Positions 51,248 to 59,753 of a stretch of 64,000 nt of DNA are shown here, piece after piece. Origin of the DNA: a candidate division Hyd24-12 bacterium UBA5074 (GTDB lineage Bacteria; Fermentibacterota; Fermentibacteria; Fermentibacterales; Fermentibacteraceae); assembly GCA_002414865.1 (NCBI GenBank), contig DIAQ01000098.1, positions 1,039-65,038 of the forward strand, written 5' to 3'. The notes below the pieces were generated by a model. The model was given only the letters and a program-made list of their open reading frames with translations. It had not been told where the DNA came from and did no database searches. Within the stretch, counting starts at the first letter, position 1; each line of letters opens with the position of its first letter. A program made the position numbers and the translations under genes.

Positions 51248-52611
51248 GCCTCTCCCCCTTCCTCCGCCGCCGGACGTCTCACGACGGCGACGGCCCTGCC
51301 CTTCCATCTTCCTCCCGAGTAGTAGATCGCCGCGGCGGCGCACCCCACGACCCAGCCCGCGGGGATCGAGAACCAGATCCCGTCCGTCCCTGCGAACGAG
51401 GAGAACCAGAGGGCACAGGGTATCCGGACGACCCACAGGGCGAGGATGGTGTTGAGAAGAGGAGCCATCGCCTCGCCCGCCCCTCTCAGGACGCCGTTGA
51501 CGACGAACATGGAGGAGAAGACCATGTAGAATATGCCTACGATCAGGAGATAGTGCTCACCGATCCTCACCACCTCAGGATCTCCGTTGAACAGCCCCAT
51601 GAGGGGCCTCGCGAAGAGGATGACCCCCAGGCTCGTCAGCCCCGAGATCACGAGGGACATGATCAGACCTGCCCGCAGGCCTCTCCGCACCCTTTCGACC
51701 CTCCCCGCCCCGATGTTCTGACCCGTGAATGTGGACATCGCCTGGCTGATGTTCATGGCCGGCATCATGGCGAAGGAGTCGAGCCGCCCGGCTGCGGTGT
51801 AGGCAGCCAGGGCATCCGTTCCGAACCCCCCCACGATCCTGGTGAGGACCATCAGACCCGAGGCCACCAGGGTCTGCTGGAGTCCTGTGGGCAGCCCGAT
51901 GCGCATGGAGTGCCCGAAGATCTCCCTGTCGAAGCGGAGCTCGGAGAGGGAGAGCCTGACAAACCTGTTGCGCCGGTTCAGGAACAGGACGGCGCCCGCG
52001 AAGGAGGCGGCCTGGGAGATCACGGTGGCCCAGGCCGCTCCGGCCACGCCCCAGGAGAACACGACGACGAAGAGCAGGTCGAGGACGACGTTCAGCAGAG
52101 TTGCGAACACCAGGAGGTACAGGGGGGTCCTGGAATCTCCCAGACCCCTGAGGATGGCCGCCACGGCGTTGTATCCGAAGGCGGCGATCGTCCCGGTGAA
52201 GAGGATGTGCAGGTACGTCACCGCCTGCGGCATGGCTTCCGGAGGCACGGCGAGCATCCTCAGTATCGCGCCCGTGGTCAGGTACCCAACAGCCGTCACC
52301 GCGAGGGCCGCCCAGAACAGGAAGATGAAGGCCGTATCCGCGGTGGCCCTTATCCTGGCGGAGTCCCTGGCTCCGAAGAACTGGGCGACCAGGACGGTGG
52401 TACCCATCGTGACGCCCATGATGAGGGCGACCATCAGGAAGAGCACCGAGAAGGACGCGCCGACCGCCGCGAGGGCCGTCTTGCCCAGGAAGTTGCCCAC
52501 CACGATGCTGTCCACCATGTTGTAGAATTGCTGGAAGACGTTGCCCAGCAACATGGGAAGGGTGAAGAACAGGATGCCCCTCGCCTCGCTCCCGCTCGTG
52601 AGGTCGGTCAA
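51244..52611 (-). CDS. MATE family efflux transporter
   Basis: DLT-x-G...GNVFQQFYNMVDSIVVG, LRGLGDS-x-TP, N-x-x-LD, GAAWAT; TTG start chosen by family N-terminus. Confidence 0.93.
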   Translation of the reverse strand: MTDLTSGSEARGILFFTLPMLLGNVFQQFYNMVDSIVVGNFLGKTALAAVGASFSVLFLMVALIMGVTMGTTVLVAQFFGARDSARIRATADTAFIFLFWAALAVTAVGYLTTGAILRMLAVPPEAMPQAVTYLHILFTGTIAAFGYNAVAAILRGLGDSRTPLYLLVFATLLNVVLDLLFVVVFSWGVAGAAWATVISQAASFAGAVLFLNRRNRFVRLSLSELRFDREIFGHSMRIGLPTGLQQTLVASGLMVLTRIVGGFGTDALAAYTAAGRLDSFAMMPAMNISQAMSTFTGQNIGAGRVERVRRGLRAGLIMSLVISGLTSLGVILFARPLMGLFNGDPEVVRIGEHYLLIVGIFYMVFSSMFVVNGVLRGAGEAMAPLLNTILALWVVRIPCALWFSSFAGTDGIWFSIPAGWVVGCAAAAIYYSGGRWKGRAVAVVRRPAAEEGGEA

Positions 52612-52642
52612 ATCCCGGAGGCCGTGTCGGGGGATGACTCCG

Positions 52643-52876
52643 CTACTCCCCGCCTCCGCAGCAGGAGCAGCCGGATCTCCTCCTGAGCATGCCGCCGACC
52701 AGGACCAGGACGATGCCACCCACCAGTATCGCTGCCGCCCCCGGAACCGTGGTCGGAAGCGAGATGCCGGCATAGGCGACGCTGAACCTGCCGGAGATGA
52801 CGCCTGCAAGGCTTGCTGCGCCTGCTATCACGCCCGCCCATCCCAGCCACTGGACCAGTCCCGTGACGAAGCTCAT
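52643..52876 (-). CDS. Small two-TM membrane protein with CSCC tail
   Basis: GGAGGT RBS; two hydrophobic helices then RRRSGCSCCGGGE. Confidence 0.65.
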   Translation of the reverse strand: MSFVTGLVQWLGWAGVIAGAASLAGVISGRFSVAYAGISLPTTVPGAAAILVGGIVLVLVGGMLRRRSGCSCCGGGE

Positions 52877-52898
52877 GCCGCACCTCCGGAGATGGAAA

Positions 52899-54059
52899 TC
52901 AGTTTCCCGACCCGCCTGTGAGGATCCTGGACGCTTCCCTCAGCTTCTCTCTCACAGGCAGGCGCTGCGGGCACCTGCTCTCGCACAGGCCGCAACCCGT
53001 GCACCTGTCGGCCCGGGCCTCGGGCTTGAGGGAGCTGTTGTAGTCCATCCCCGGGATGCCCGATCCGGGGAACATGCAGGCCTCGTTGTAGATCATGAAT
53101 ATCCTGGGAATGGACACTCCGGCCGGGCACGGCATGCAGTAGCCGCACTTCGTGCAGCCCACGCCGTGGAGGGATCTGTACGCCCTCTGGACACCGCCGA
53201 CGGCCTTCAGGGCGGAGGCTGTCAGCGTGCCCGGGAGGACTGCCGAGGCCACCCCGGCGTTCTCGTCCAGCTGGACCCGTGTGTTCATGCCGCTCAGCAC
53301 GGTCGAGACGCCCGGCTGATCGAGCACCCAGGACAGGCACCACCCGGCGGCGCTCCTGGCCCTGCCTGCGCGCTTCCATGCGGTCTCGACGGATTCCGGC
53401 AGGCCTCCCGTCAGATCCCCTCCCCTGAGGGGCTCCATGACGACGACTCCCAGTCCCTTTCCGGCGGCGTACTCCAGCCCGGTCCTGCCGGCCTGCTCGT
53501 TCTCGTCGACGATGTTGTACTGGATCTGGCAGAAATCCCATCCATAGGCGTCGACTATGGGAGCGAACGCGGCGGGCTTGTCATGGAAGGAAAACCCCGC
53601 GAAGGAGATACGCCCATCCTTCTTCAGGCTGTCGAGGAATTCGAGGACCCCGAGATCGCATACCCGTGCGAAGGACGACTCGTTGAGGGCGTGAAGGAGG
53701 TAGAAGTCGACGTGCTCCACACCGAGCCTCGAGAGCTGCACCGAGAAGAGCCGTTCGAAGGAGGTCCTGCGCCTCGCCAGCCAGACGGGCAGCTTCGTCG
53801 CGATGTGGAGCCCCTTGCGTGACCCCGCTGCGCGGAGGAACTCGCCGACGACGGATTCGCTCTTGCCTCCCATATAGTTGTATGCGGTGTCGAAATAGTT
53901 GACGCCCGCGTCCCGGGCTGCCATGAGGAGCGAGATAGCGGCTCCCGTGTCGAACCTGGGACCCCAGGTGGGTCTGCCCCTCCTGTTGAGGAATCGCATG
54001 CAGCCGAAGCCGAGCGCGGAGACGGAGACTCCCGTCCTGCCCATGGTTCTGTAAAGCAT
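52899..54059 (-). CDS. Aldo/keto reductase with C-terminal 4Fe-4S dicluster
   Basis: LGFGCMR, YFDTAY, ATK, GFSFH, MEPLRGG, CTKCGYCMPCP, CTGCGLCESRCPQ. Confidence 0.93.
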   Translation of the reverse strand: MLYRTMGRTGVSVSALGFGCMRFLNRRGRPTWGPRFDTGAAISLLMAARDAGVNYFDTAYNYMGGKSESVVGEFLRAAGSRKGLHIATKLPVWLARRRTSFERLFSVQLSRLGVEHVDFYLLHALNESSFARVCDLGVLEFLDSLKKDGRISFAGFSFHDKPAAFAPIVDAYGWDFCQIQYNIVDENEQAGRTGLEYAAGKGLGVVVMEPLRGGDLTGGLPESVETAWKRAGRARSAAGWCLSWVLDQPGVSTVLSGMNTRVQLDENAGVASAVLPGTLTASALKAVGGVQRAYRSLHGVGCTKCGYCMPCPAGVSIPRIFMIYNEACMFPGSGIPGMDYNSSLKPEARADRCTGCGLCESRCPQRLPVREKLREASRILTGGSGN

Positions 54060-54114
54060 GGCCGGAACATGGGGCAGCCCGGGGGCGGGTGCAATCCCGC
54101 CTCCGGGGAGCCCG

Positions 54115-54453
54115 TCAGCGCTGGAATCCGGGGATGTCGGCGGGCACGGGGAGCGAGAGCTCGACGAAGCCTCTGAAGATCCCGTCCTCGAACAGCGGAC
54201 TCTGGTAGATCAGCTTCCTCCGCCCGTCCCTGAGGATGAAGTAGGCGTTGGGAACCTTCCGCTCGTATAGCTCTCTGACCTTCGCCAGGGCGCGGGGCGG
54301 GTGACAGTCGAAGACACTGGTACCGATCAGAGAAGCTCCTCCGCTGGAGGCGAAGGTCTCCTGCGATATCCCGTTCATGTAGACCACGGTCCCGGCTTCG
54401 TCGCAGACCGTCACCGCAAAGGACGCGAGGTCTGCCCACTCATCGATCATCAT
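54115..54453 (-). CDS. Stand-alone PAS domain protein
   Basis: VTVCD-x-x-G-x-VVYMN, LIG-x-SVFDCHP, FRGFVELS. Confidence 0.8.
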   Translation of the reverse strand: MMIDEWADLASFAVTVCDEAGTVVYMNGISQETFASSGGASLIGTSVFDCHPPRALAKVRELYERKVPNAYFILRDGRRKLIYQSPLFEDGIFRGFVELSLPVPADIPGFQR

Positions 54454-55132
54454 CTGCAGCCCCTCCTCCGCACGGCAGAGTGCCTGCCCTGGACATCTCC
54501 AGCACCTCGGTGAAGCTGGCCGGCGGAGGGCACTCGAGGCGCAGCACGGTTCCTCCCGGCGCCTCCACCGTAAGCACGAATGCATGGAGCATCATCCGGG
54601 GAAGGAGGATCTGGGACGACCTGCAGCCGTACCTCCTGTCTCCGGCGATGGGATGCCCCGAAGCGTACAGGTGGGCTCTTATCTGATGCCTCCTCCCCGT
54701 GCGCGGGCGGACGGCGAGGAGCGAGTGGCTTTCGTGCCGTTCCAGGACCTCGTAGTCGGTCACCGACGGCTTTCCCCCCGGGATGTCCACCGCCACCCTC
54801 CCCGATCCGAAGACCCGCAGAGGCAGGTCGATCGTCCCCCTGTCCTCACGGGGCCTTCCGAGCACGAGTGCGAGGTAGACCTTCGACGCCGTGCCGTGCT
54901 CGAACTGCATCGACAGCAGCCTGTGGGCATCGGGGGTCCTCGCGAACACGACAAGCCCGCTGGTGTCCGCGTCGATCCTGTGAACCACGAACAGCCTGCA
55001 GGCCGTCTCCTGCTCCAGGACCCTGCGGAGGTCCTCCCTGCCGGGAGACCTGTCGGGGATGACCGGCATCCCCTCGGGCTTGGAGGCTGCGATCAACTCG
55101 GCGCTGTCGTAAAGTATCCGGGCAGTCCCCAA
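54440..55132 (-). CDS. RluA-family pseudouridine synthase
   Basis: KPEG, HRID-x-x-TSG catalytic Asp, TGRRHQIRAH, GD-x-x-YG, LHA. Confidence 0.93.
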   Translation of the reverse strand: MGTARILYDSAELIAASKPEGMPVIPDRSPGREDLRRVLEQETACRLFVVHRIDADTSGLVVFARTPDAHRLLSMQFEHGTASKVYLALVLGRPREDRGTIDLPLRVFGSGRVAVDIPGGKPSVTDYEVLERHESHSLLAVRPRTGRRHQIRAHLYASGHPIAGDRRYGCRSSQILLPRMMLHAFVLTVEAPGGTVLRLECPPPASFTEVLEMSRAGTLPCGGGAADDDR

Positions 55133-55305
55133 TGAGCCTCCATCGTTCCCCGGCGGTGCCGGCCAAAAACGTTGCGCAGGCCGGTAACATGTCTATCGTG
55201 GTCGACAGGCGCATATTCCGCCTGCCGTCCGGGCCGCGCCGTCGCCCGGCGCGGCGGTGACGAAGGCCTTTCGGGGCGGGGCGCCCCTTCGGAGGATGAC
55301 TGCCG

Positions 55306-55875
55306 ATGATACCGGCCATTCTGCTCGCGCTGCCCCCGGCTGCCGATGCAGGAGCCATCGGGGGGGATCTCTGGATGTTCGATGCGGACATCCGCCAGGC
55401 AGGCCAGGAGCCCTGGATGGAGGAGGTCCTGGTGGTCTTCAGGGCCGAGGACTACTTCGTGGGCATCGCTCCTCGGGAGTCGGCGGAGGCTTCGTACTCC
55501 GCGACGCTCCTCGCTGAAGGCCCGATCGATCTGGAGGCCTGCAGGCTGGTCCACCTGAGGCCCGGAGCGGAGCCGCCCCCGGATATGCCCGGGAGGACGA
55601 TCCTGGCCAGGGGCTCCATCGTCATCCTGCGCCTGCCGGAGCCGACGGACGGACCGGTCGGGATGGAAGGGGTCTTCTTCGTCCAGCCCCTGAGGGTCTA
55701 CCGCGTCAGGCCGGTCTCTCCAGCGGGTCCGGACGGAGGCGGCTGAGACGGCATGGTCGAGGACATCGTGCCCTCGGGCAGCGAGGACGGCGTCTGGGCG
55801 ACCACACCGGGTGCCGACGGAAACGGGGGCGGACCGGCGCAAGGTGCCGGGGAGCTGGGCGAGGGAGGCCGCTAG
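55306..55875 (+). pseudogene. Probable truncated secreted protein (146 aa to TGA 55744-55746, frame open to TAG 55873-55875)
   Basis: GGAGG upstream and coding-like codon bias; post-TGA sequence DGMVEDIVPSGSEDGVWAT looks protein-like, then degrades into low complexity. Confidence 0.35.
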
Positions 55876-57593
55876 ATGACCACCAGCCTCGCCGAGAACA
55901 TGCCCGCGGCCGTGTTCAGCCTCACCAGATAGACTCCCGCGGCCGGTCTTCCCCGGCCGTCCCCCGCCCAGCCGAAGGAGTGCGGCCCGGGCTCCAGCGT
56001 GCCCGAGAAGACGATATCCACAAGCCTCCCGGAGAGGTCGTAGATCTCCAGGGTGGCCCGCCCCGCGGAATCCGTCGCGAAGTCGAGCGAGACGCTCCCT
56101 GCGGAAGGGTTGGGGCACACCGAGAGCCGGCAGGCCGCCTCTCCTTCAGCGCCCGTCCCGGTGGTCGGACCCAGCCAGCCGTTGAGGCTGACCCCCTGCG
56201 CATAGATCCCGTAGTCGTTCCTGTAGTCGCACCAGGCATAGAGAGCGCTCTGACCCGTGCCCTCGCACAGGACGAGATCGTCCTTGCCCCCGAGGCTCGC
56301 AGCCGAGAGCGTGACCGGACCCCAGTCGAGCACTCCGTCGCTGCCGAGCCTCATGGAGCGGACCGAGGTCCCTGAAGCCCCGCGGAAGAATCCGACATAG
56401 ACTCCTTCGGCATCCGCGAGCGCCCTGACGAAGGATATCTGCTGAGACCCCAGAGGCACGAGCTGGAGGCCGGCATCGGTCCACTGCCTCGCGCCGGATG
56501 CAGAGAAACTCTGGCCGTAGACGCCGTACTGATCCTGGTTGTCGTTCTCCTCGACCCAGAAGACCACCGTCTGGTCCTGATCCGGGAAGTACGCGGCGGA
56601 GGGGTACATGTGCAGCCGGTTGCTCGTGTTGGTCGATGCCTGCGCCCCGTTCATGGGGAACAGCATGTCCCCGGACGCGTCCATGTGCTGCACCCAGACC
56701 TCGAAGGTCGAGAGGTCGACCGCGTCGTACCAGCTGCAGACCGCTCCGCCCTCGCCGTCGGACAGCACCTCCGGGTTGGTCCATGCCGAGATGTGGCCCG
56801 AATCGTAGATGAGCACGGGCGATCCTCCCCATGCCCAGCTCCCGGACGGATCCAGCATGCCTGTGTACAGGTGGGTGACCGGATACGGGAAGTTCCCGGT
56901 CGAGCTCTTCCAGAGCAGGATGGCATTGTCCCCCGAGGCGGGCGCAAGGCGCGGGAGTGTGAGGTTGCGGACCGGGTCGTCGAGGATGATGCCGTCCTCC
57001 CCCCACAGCTTGTCGCCGTCCGGCGACAGCTTCTGGAGGACGATCGTGTAGTCGGTGCCGGACTTCCCCCAGGCGATCACGGCGTTGCCGCTCTCTGTCA
57101 CGGCGACGGACGGGGCTGCCTCGAGGCTCGGCTCCGAGGTGTCGGAGAGGCTTACGCCGTCCGGGCCCCACAGGAACGTGCCGTCGCTACCGATCTTGTA
57201 CGCGGAGATGTCGAACTCACCCGCGGTGTGGCGCGAGTCCGCGAACGCTATCACCGCGTTGTCCGAGGCGTCCACCGCCATGTCGTAGTCGACGAGCCAG
57301 GACTCCTGCGGGTGGCTGCTGACCAGCAGCCCGTCGACAGCGAACATCTTGTTCCCCTGGGCATCCAGGCGCTGCAGATACAGACAGTAGCTTCCGCTGC
57401 GCGAATCGAACCACGAGATGAAGCAGCCGCCGTCCGAGGTGGCCGCCATCTTGGGCGTGCATTGCTCGCCTGTGAGATCACAGATCTGGAGATTCTGAAG
57501 GGAGTCGGCGCCCCATTGCGCCGATACGGCAGACGGCAGGAGCAGAAGGAGGACACCGATAGCTATGGGCACCATCCTTTTGGACATACTCAC
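55872..57593 (-). CDS. Secreted beta-propeller repeat protein with C-terminal T9SS/FlgD-like domain
   Basis: Signal peptide; eight repeats of type W-x-D-x-R...Y-x-Q-x-x-D-x-x-G-x3-W; CTD PNP...IYDLSGRLV...W-x-G...GVYLVRL. Confidence 0.85.
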   Translation of the reverse strand: MSMSKRMVPIAIGVLLLLLPSAVSAQWGADSLQNLQICDLTGEQCTPKMAATSDGGCFISWFDSRSGSYCLYLQRLDAQGNKMFAVDGLLVSSHPQESWLVDYDMAVDASDNAVIAFADSRHTAGEFDISAYKIGSDGTFLWGPDGVSLSDTSEPSLEAAPSVAVTESGNAVIAWGKSGTDYTIVLQKLSPDGDKLWGEDGIILDDPVRNLTLPRLAPASGDNAILLWKSSTGNFPYPVTHLYTGMLDPSGSWAWGGSPVLIYDSGHISAWTNPEVLSDGEGGAVCSWYDAVDLSTFEVWVQHMDASGDMLFPMNGAQASTNTSNRLHMYPSAAYFPDQDQTVVFWVEENDNQDQYGVYGQSFSASGARQWTDAGLQLVPLGSQQISFVRALADAEGVYVGFFRGASGTSVRSMRLGSDGVLDWGPVTLSAASLGGKDDLVLCEGTGQSALYAWCDYRNDYGIYAQGVSLNGWLGPTTGTGAEGEAACRLSVCPNPSAGSVSLDFATDSAGRATLEIYDLSGRLVDIVFSGTLEPGPHSFGWAGDGRGRPAAGVYLVRLNTAAGMFSARLVVI

Positions 57594-57753
57594 TCGCTCT
57601 CCGCGTCCCCTCAGGGGCGCAAGCGCAACCCCCTGTCCCGGGGCGGCCCCGCCGCCGCAGGACTCCGTGGTGTCAATCTGGGTCCCGGCCGCCGCCGGGG
57701 CAAGTGCCCCCTTCCGGAGCTGCCCGACCGGGAGCGCGGGCTGGATCAGGCCT

Positions 57754-58806
57754 TCAGGGGAGCCCCGGGGCCGAGAACAGGTGCGCTTCCTCTAGGAAGG
57801 CGGTGAGGAGCTCGATCGCAGTCTCCACGTCGTGTCGATGGATGACCGCGCCAGGGCCGTGTCCATACCTTGTCGGGATGGATATGCAGGCGGCGTGGGG
57901 ACCGGCGCCCCACCGCTGGATGACCGAGGTGTCCGTGCCGCCCGCGAGGAGTATCTCCATCTGGTGGTCGATGCCCCGCTTCTCCGCCATGCCCCTGAGG
58001 AACTCCACGAGCTCCGGCGAGCTGATGACGGAGCCGTCCATGAACTTCACTGCGGCCCCCCCGCCGAGGGGACAGATCTTCAGCCTGGGGGGATGGTCGG
58101 GGATGTCTCCGGCCCCTGTGACGTCCAGCGCGATGGCCAGGTCGGGTTTCACGTCCATGGCGGCCACGGTCGCACCGCGCAGGCCTACCTCCTCCTGGGA
58201 GGTGCCGACTGCGTACACGTCGATGGCGGGATTGCGATAGCGCCTGAACGCCTCGGCCATCACGAACACGCCGACCCGGTCGTCGAACGCCTTCGCCAGG
58301 AAGCAGTCCCCCATCTCGGCGAAGGGCGTGGCCATCGAGACCCAGTCACCCCGGGAGATCTTCGCCCTGGCGTCCTCCGACTGCATGCCCGTGTCGATGT
58401 AGATCTCGTCGAGCCTGGTCTGGCGGTTGACGTGCTCGGGCAGCCATGCCGCCCTGCGCTGAACCACTCCGGGGATCACGGCGCCCTGGCGGGTGTGGAT
58501 CCTCACGGAGTGCCCGATGATGTTCTCGGCAGCCCAACCGCCTATGGGCGCGAGCGAGATGAATCCGGCGTCGTCGATGTTGAACACGAGGAAGCCGATC
58601 TCGTCCATATGTGCGGCGAGCATCACTTTGCGTATGCCTTCGCCACCCTTGCGCACCGCCGTGAAGTTCTTCACCGCGTCGACGCGGGTCTCGTCCGCCA
58701 GACCGCCGATCTCCTCCTTCAGCAGGGAGATGACGCCATCCTCGCGGCCGGACACGCCGTCGACCTCGCAGAGCCTCTTCAGCAGCCCGGTGTTCAGCTC
58801 ACCCAT
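57754..58806 (-). CDS. M42 family aminopeptidase (TET-like)
   Basis: VSGRE, AAHMDEIG, KAFDDR, QEEVGLRGA, GGTD, PTRY-x-H. Confidence 0.93.
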   Translation of the reverse strand: MGELNTGLLKRLCEVDGVSGREDGVISLLKEEIGGLADETRVDAVKNFTAVRKGGEGIRKVMLAAHMDEIGFLVFNIDDAGFISLAPIGGWAAENIIGHSVRIHTRQGAVIPGVVQRRAAWLPEHVNRQTRLDEIYIDTGMQSEDARAKISRGDWVSMATPFAEMGDCFLAKAFDDRVGVFVMAEAFRRYRNPAIDVYAVGTSQEEVGLRGATVAAMDVKPDLAIALDVTGAGDIPDHPPRLKICPLGGGAAVKFMDGSVISSPELVEFLRGMAEKRGIDHQMEILLAGGTDTSVIQRWGAGPHAACISIPTRYGHGPGAVIHRHDVETAIELLTAFLEEAHLFSAPGLP

Positions 58807-58814
58807 CGCAGTGC

Positions 58815-59753
58815 TCACCTTCCGTCGCGCGGTGCGATCCATTCGAAGCCGGCGGCCTCCAGGCAGCACCCCGCCCTCGCGCCGGCGAAATCCATGCTTC
58901 CGGTGACCGCCTCGCAGGCTTCCAGGGGTGTCAGTCCCTTCTCGAGGATCAGATCGAGGTACAGGATCTCGAGTATCCCGCTCGCCGCCCAGTCGACGCT
59001 GTTCCGGTAGCCGGACACCACGAATCCCTCCGGCCAGTCCCTCCTGGAGGAGGCGATGGTCCGCGGGATGTCCCCCGCCATCATCAGGCATGACGAGAAG
59101 TGGATCATGGCGAGGTTCCTGCAGGGCTCGAGAGCGTCGAGCAGCTCCTGCCGCCCTATCGTGCCCTCGGCCACGGCCACGCCCTCGCTCGACGCATGGG
59201 ATGAGACCAGCAGGCAGACGGTGCCGGGGAGCATGGCCGTCTCGGCGCAGAAGAGCTCGAGGTCGGACGAGTCGTGGATGAACCTCTGCCTGACTTCGAC
59301 GCCCTCGACCCGGCTGAACCAGGCTTCCAGCATCTCGCCGAACGAATACTCCTGCTCGTCGAGGCCTGACTGCCACTCGGCCTCGAGAACCACCAGCCAC
59401 TTCGTCGAGCTCCCGGAACCCGACCGGAATCCCTCCCACGAGCTCCACGAGGAGGAGCCCTCGGCCCTCCACATGCCGCTGAAGCTGTTCCCGTCCGGCG
59501 AGAGCTCGAACCATCCCTCGCCCCTCGCGGACGGTTCCTCGTATTCGAAGACGAGACGCCCCTCGGGGTTCGTCCTCCCCCTGACCGTGCAGAGCCCGCC
59601 CATCGTGTAGTAGCCCTGGACGGTGCCGCCCACCTCCTGGACGAGGTTCAGGCTGCCGTAGGTGGTCTCCCAGAGGCCGGTGAAGTCGGGTGCGGATTCC
59701 GCGGAGAAGGCCGCAGGGGCGAGACACAGCAGCGCCAGGCGGGCGAATCTCAT
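58815..59753 (-). CDS. Secreted protein: N-terminal beta-rich domain plus caspase-like (His/Cys) domain
   Basis: Signal peptide; LEAEW, LLVSSHA, IHFSSC, VSGY-x3-VDW motifs. Confidence 0.6.
   Translation of the reverse strand: MRFARLALLCLAPAAFSAESAPDFTGLWETTYGSLNLVQEVGGTVQGYYTMGGLCTVRGRTNPEGRLVFEYEEPSARGEGWFELSPDGNSFSGMWRAEGSSSWSSWEGFRSGSGSSTKWLVVLEAEWQSGLDEQEYSFGEMLEAWFSRVEGVEVRQRFIHDSSDLELFCAETAMLPGTVCLLVSSHASSEGVAVAEGTIGRQELLDALEPCRNLAMIHFSSCLMMAGDIPRTIASSRRDWPEGFVVSGYRNSVDWAASGILEILYLDLILEKGLTPLEACEAVTGSMDFAGARAGCCLEAAGFEWIAPRDGR

Noticed and set aside
55744..55772. Second possible SECIS after a TGA
   Set aside because: No Cys-type catalytic context, hairpin too close to the UGA, and the read-through product is short and low complexity.
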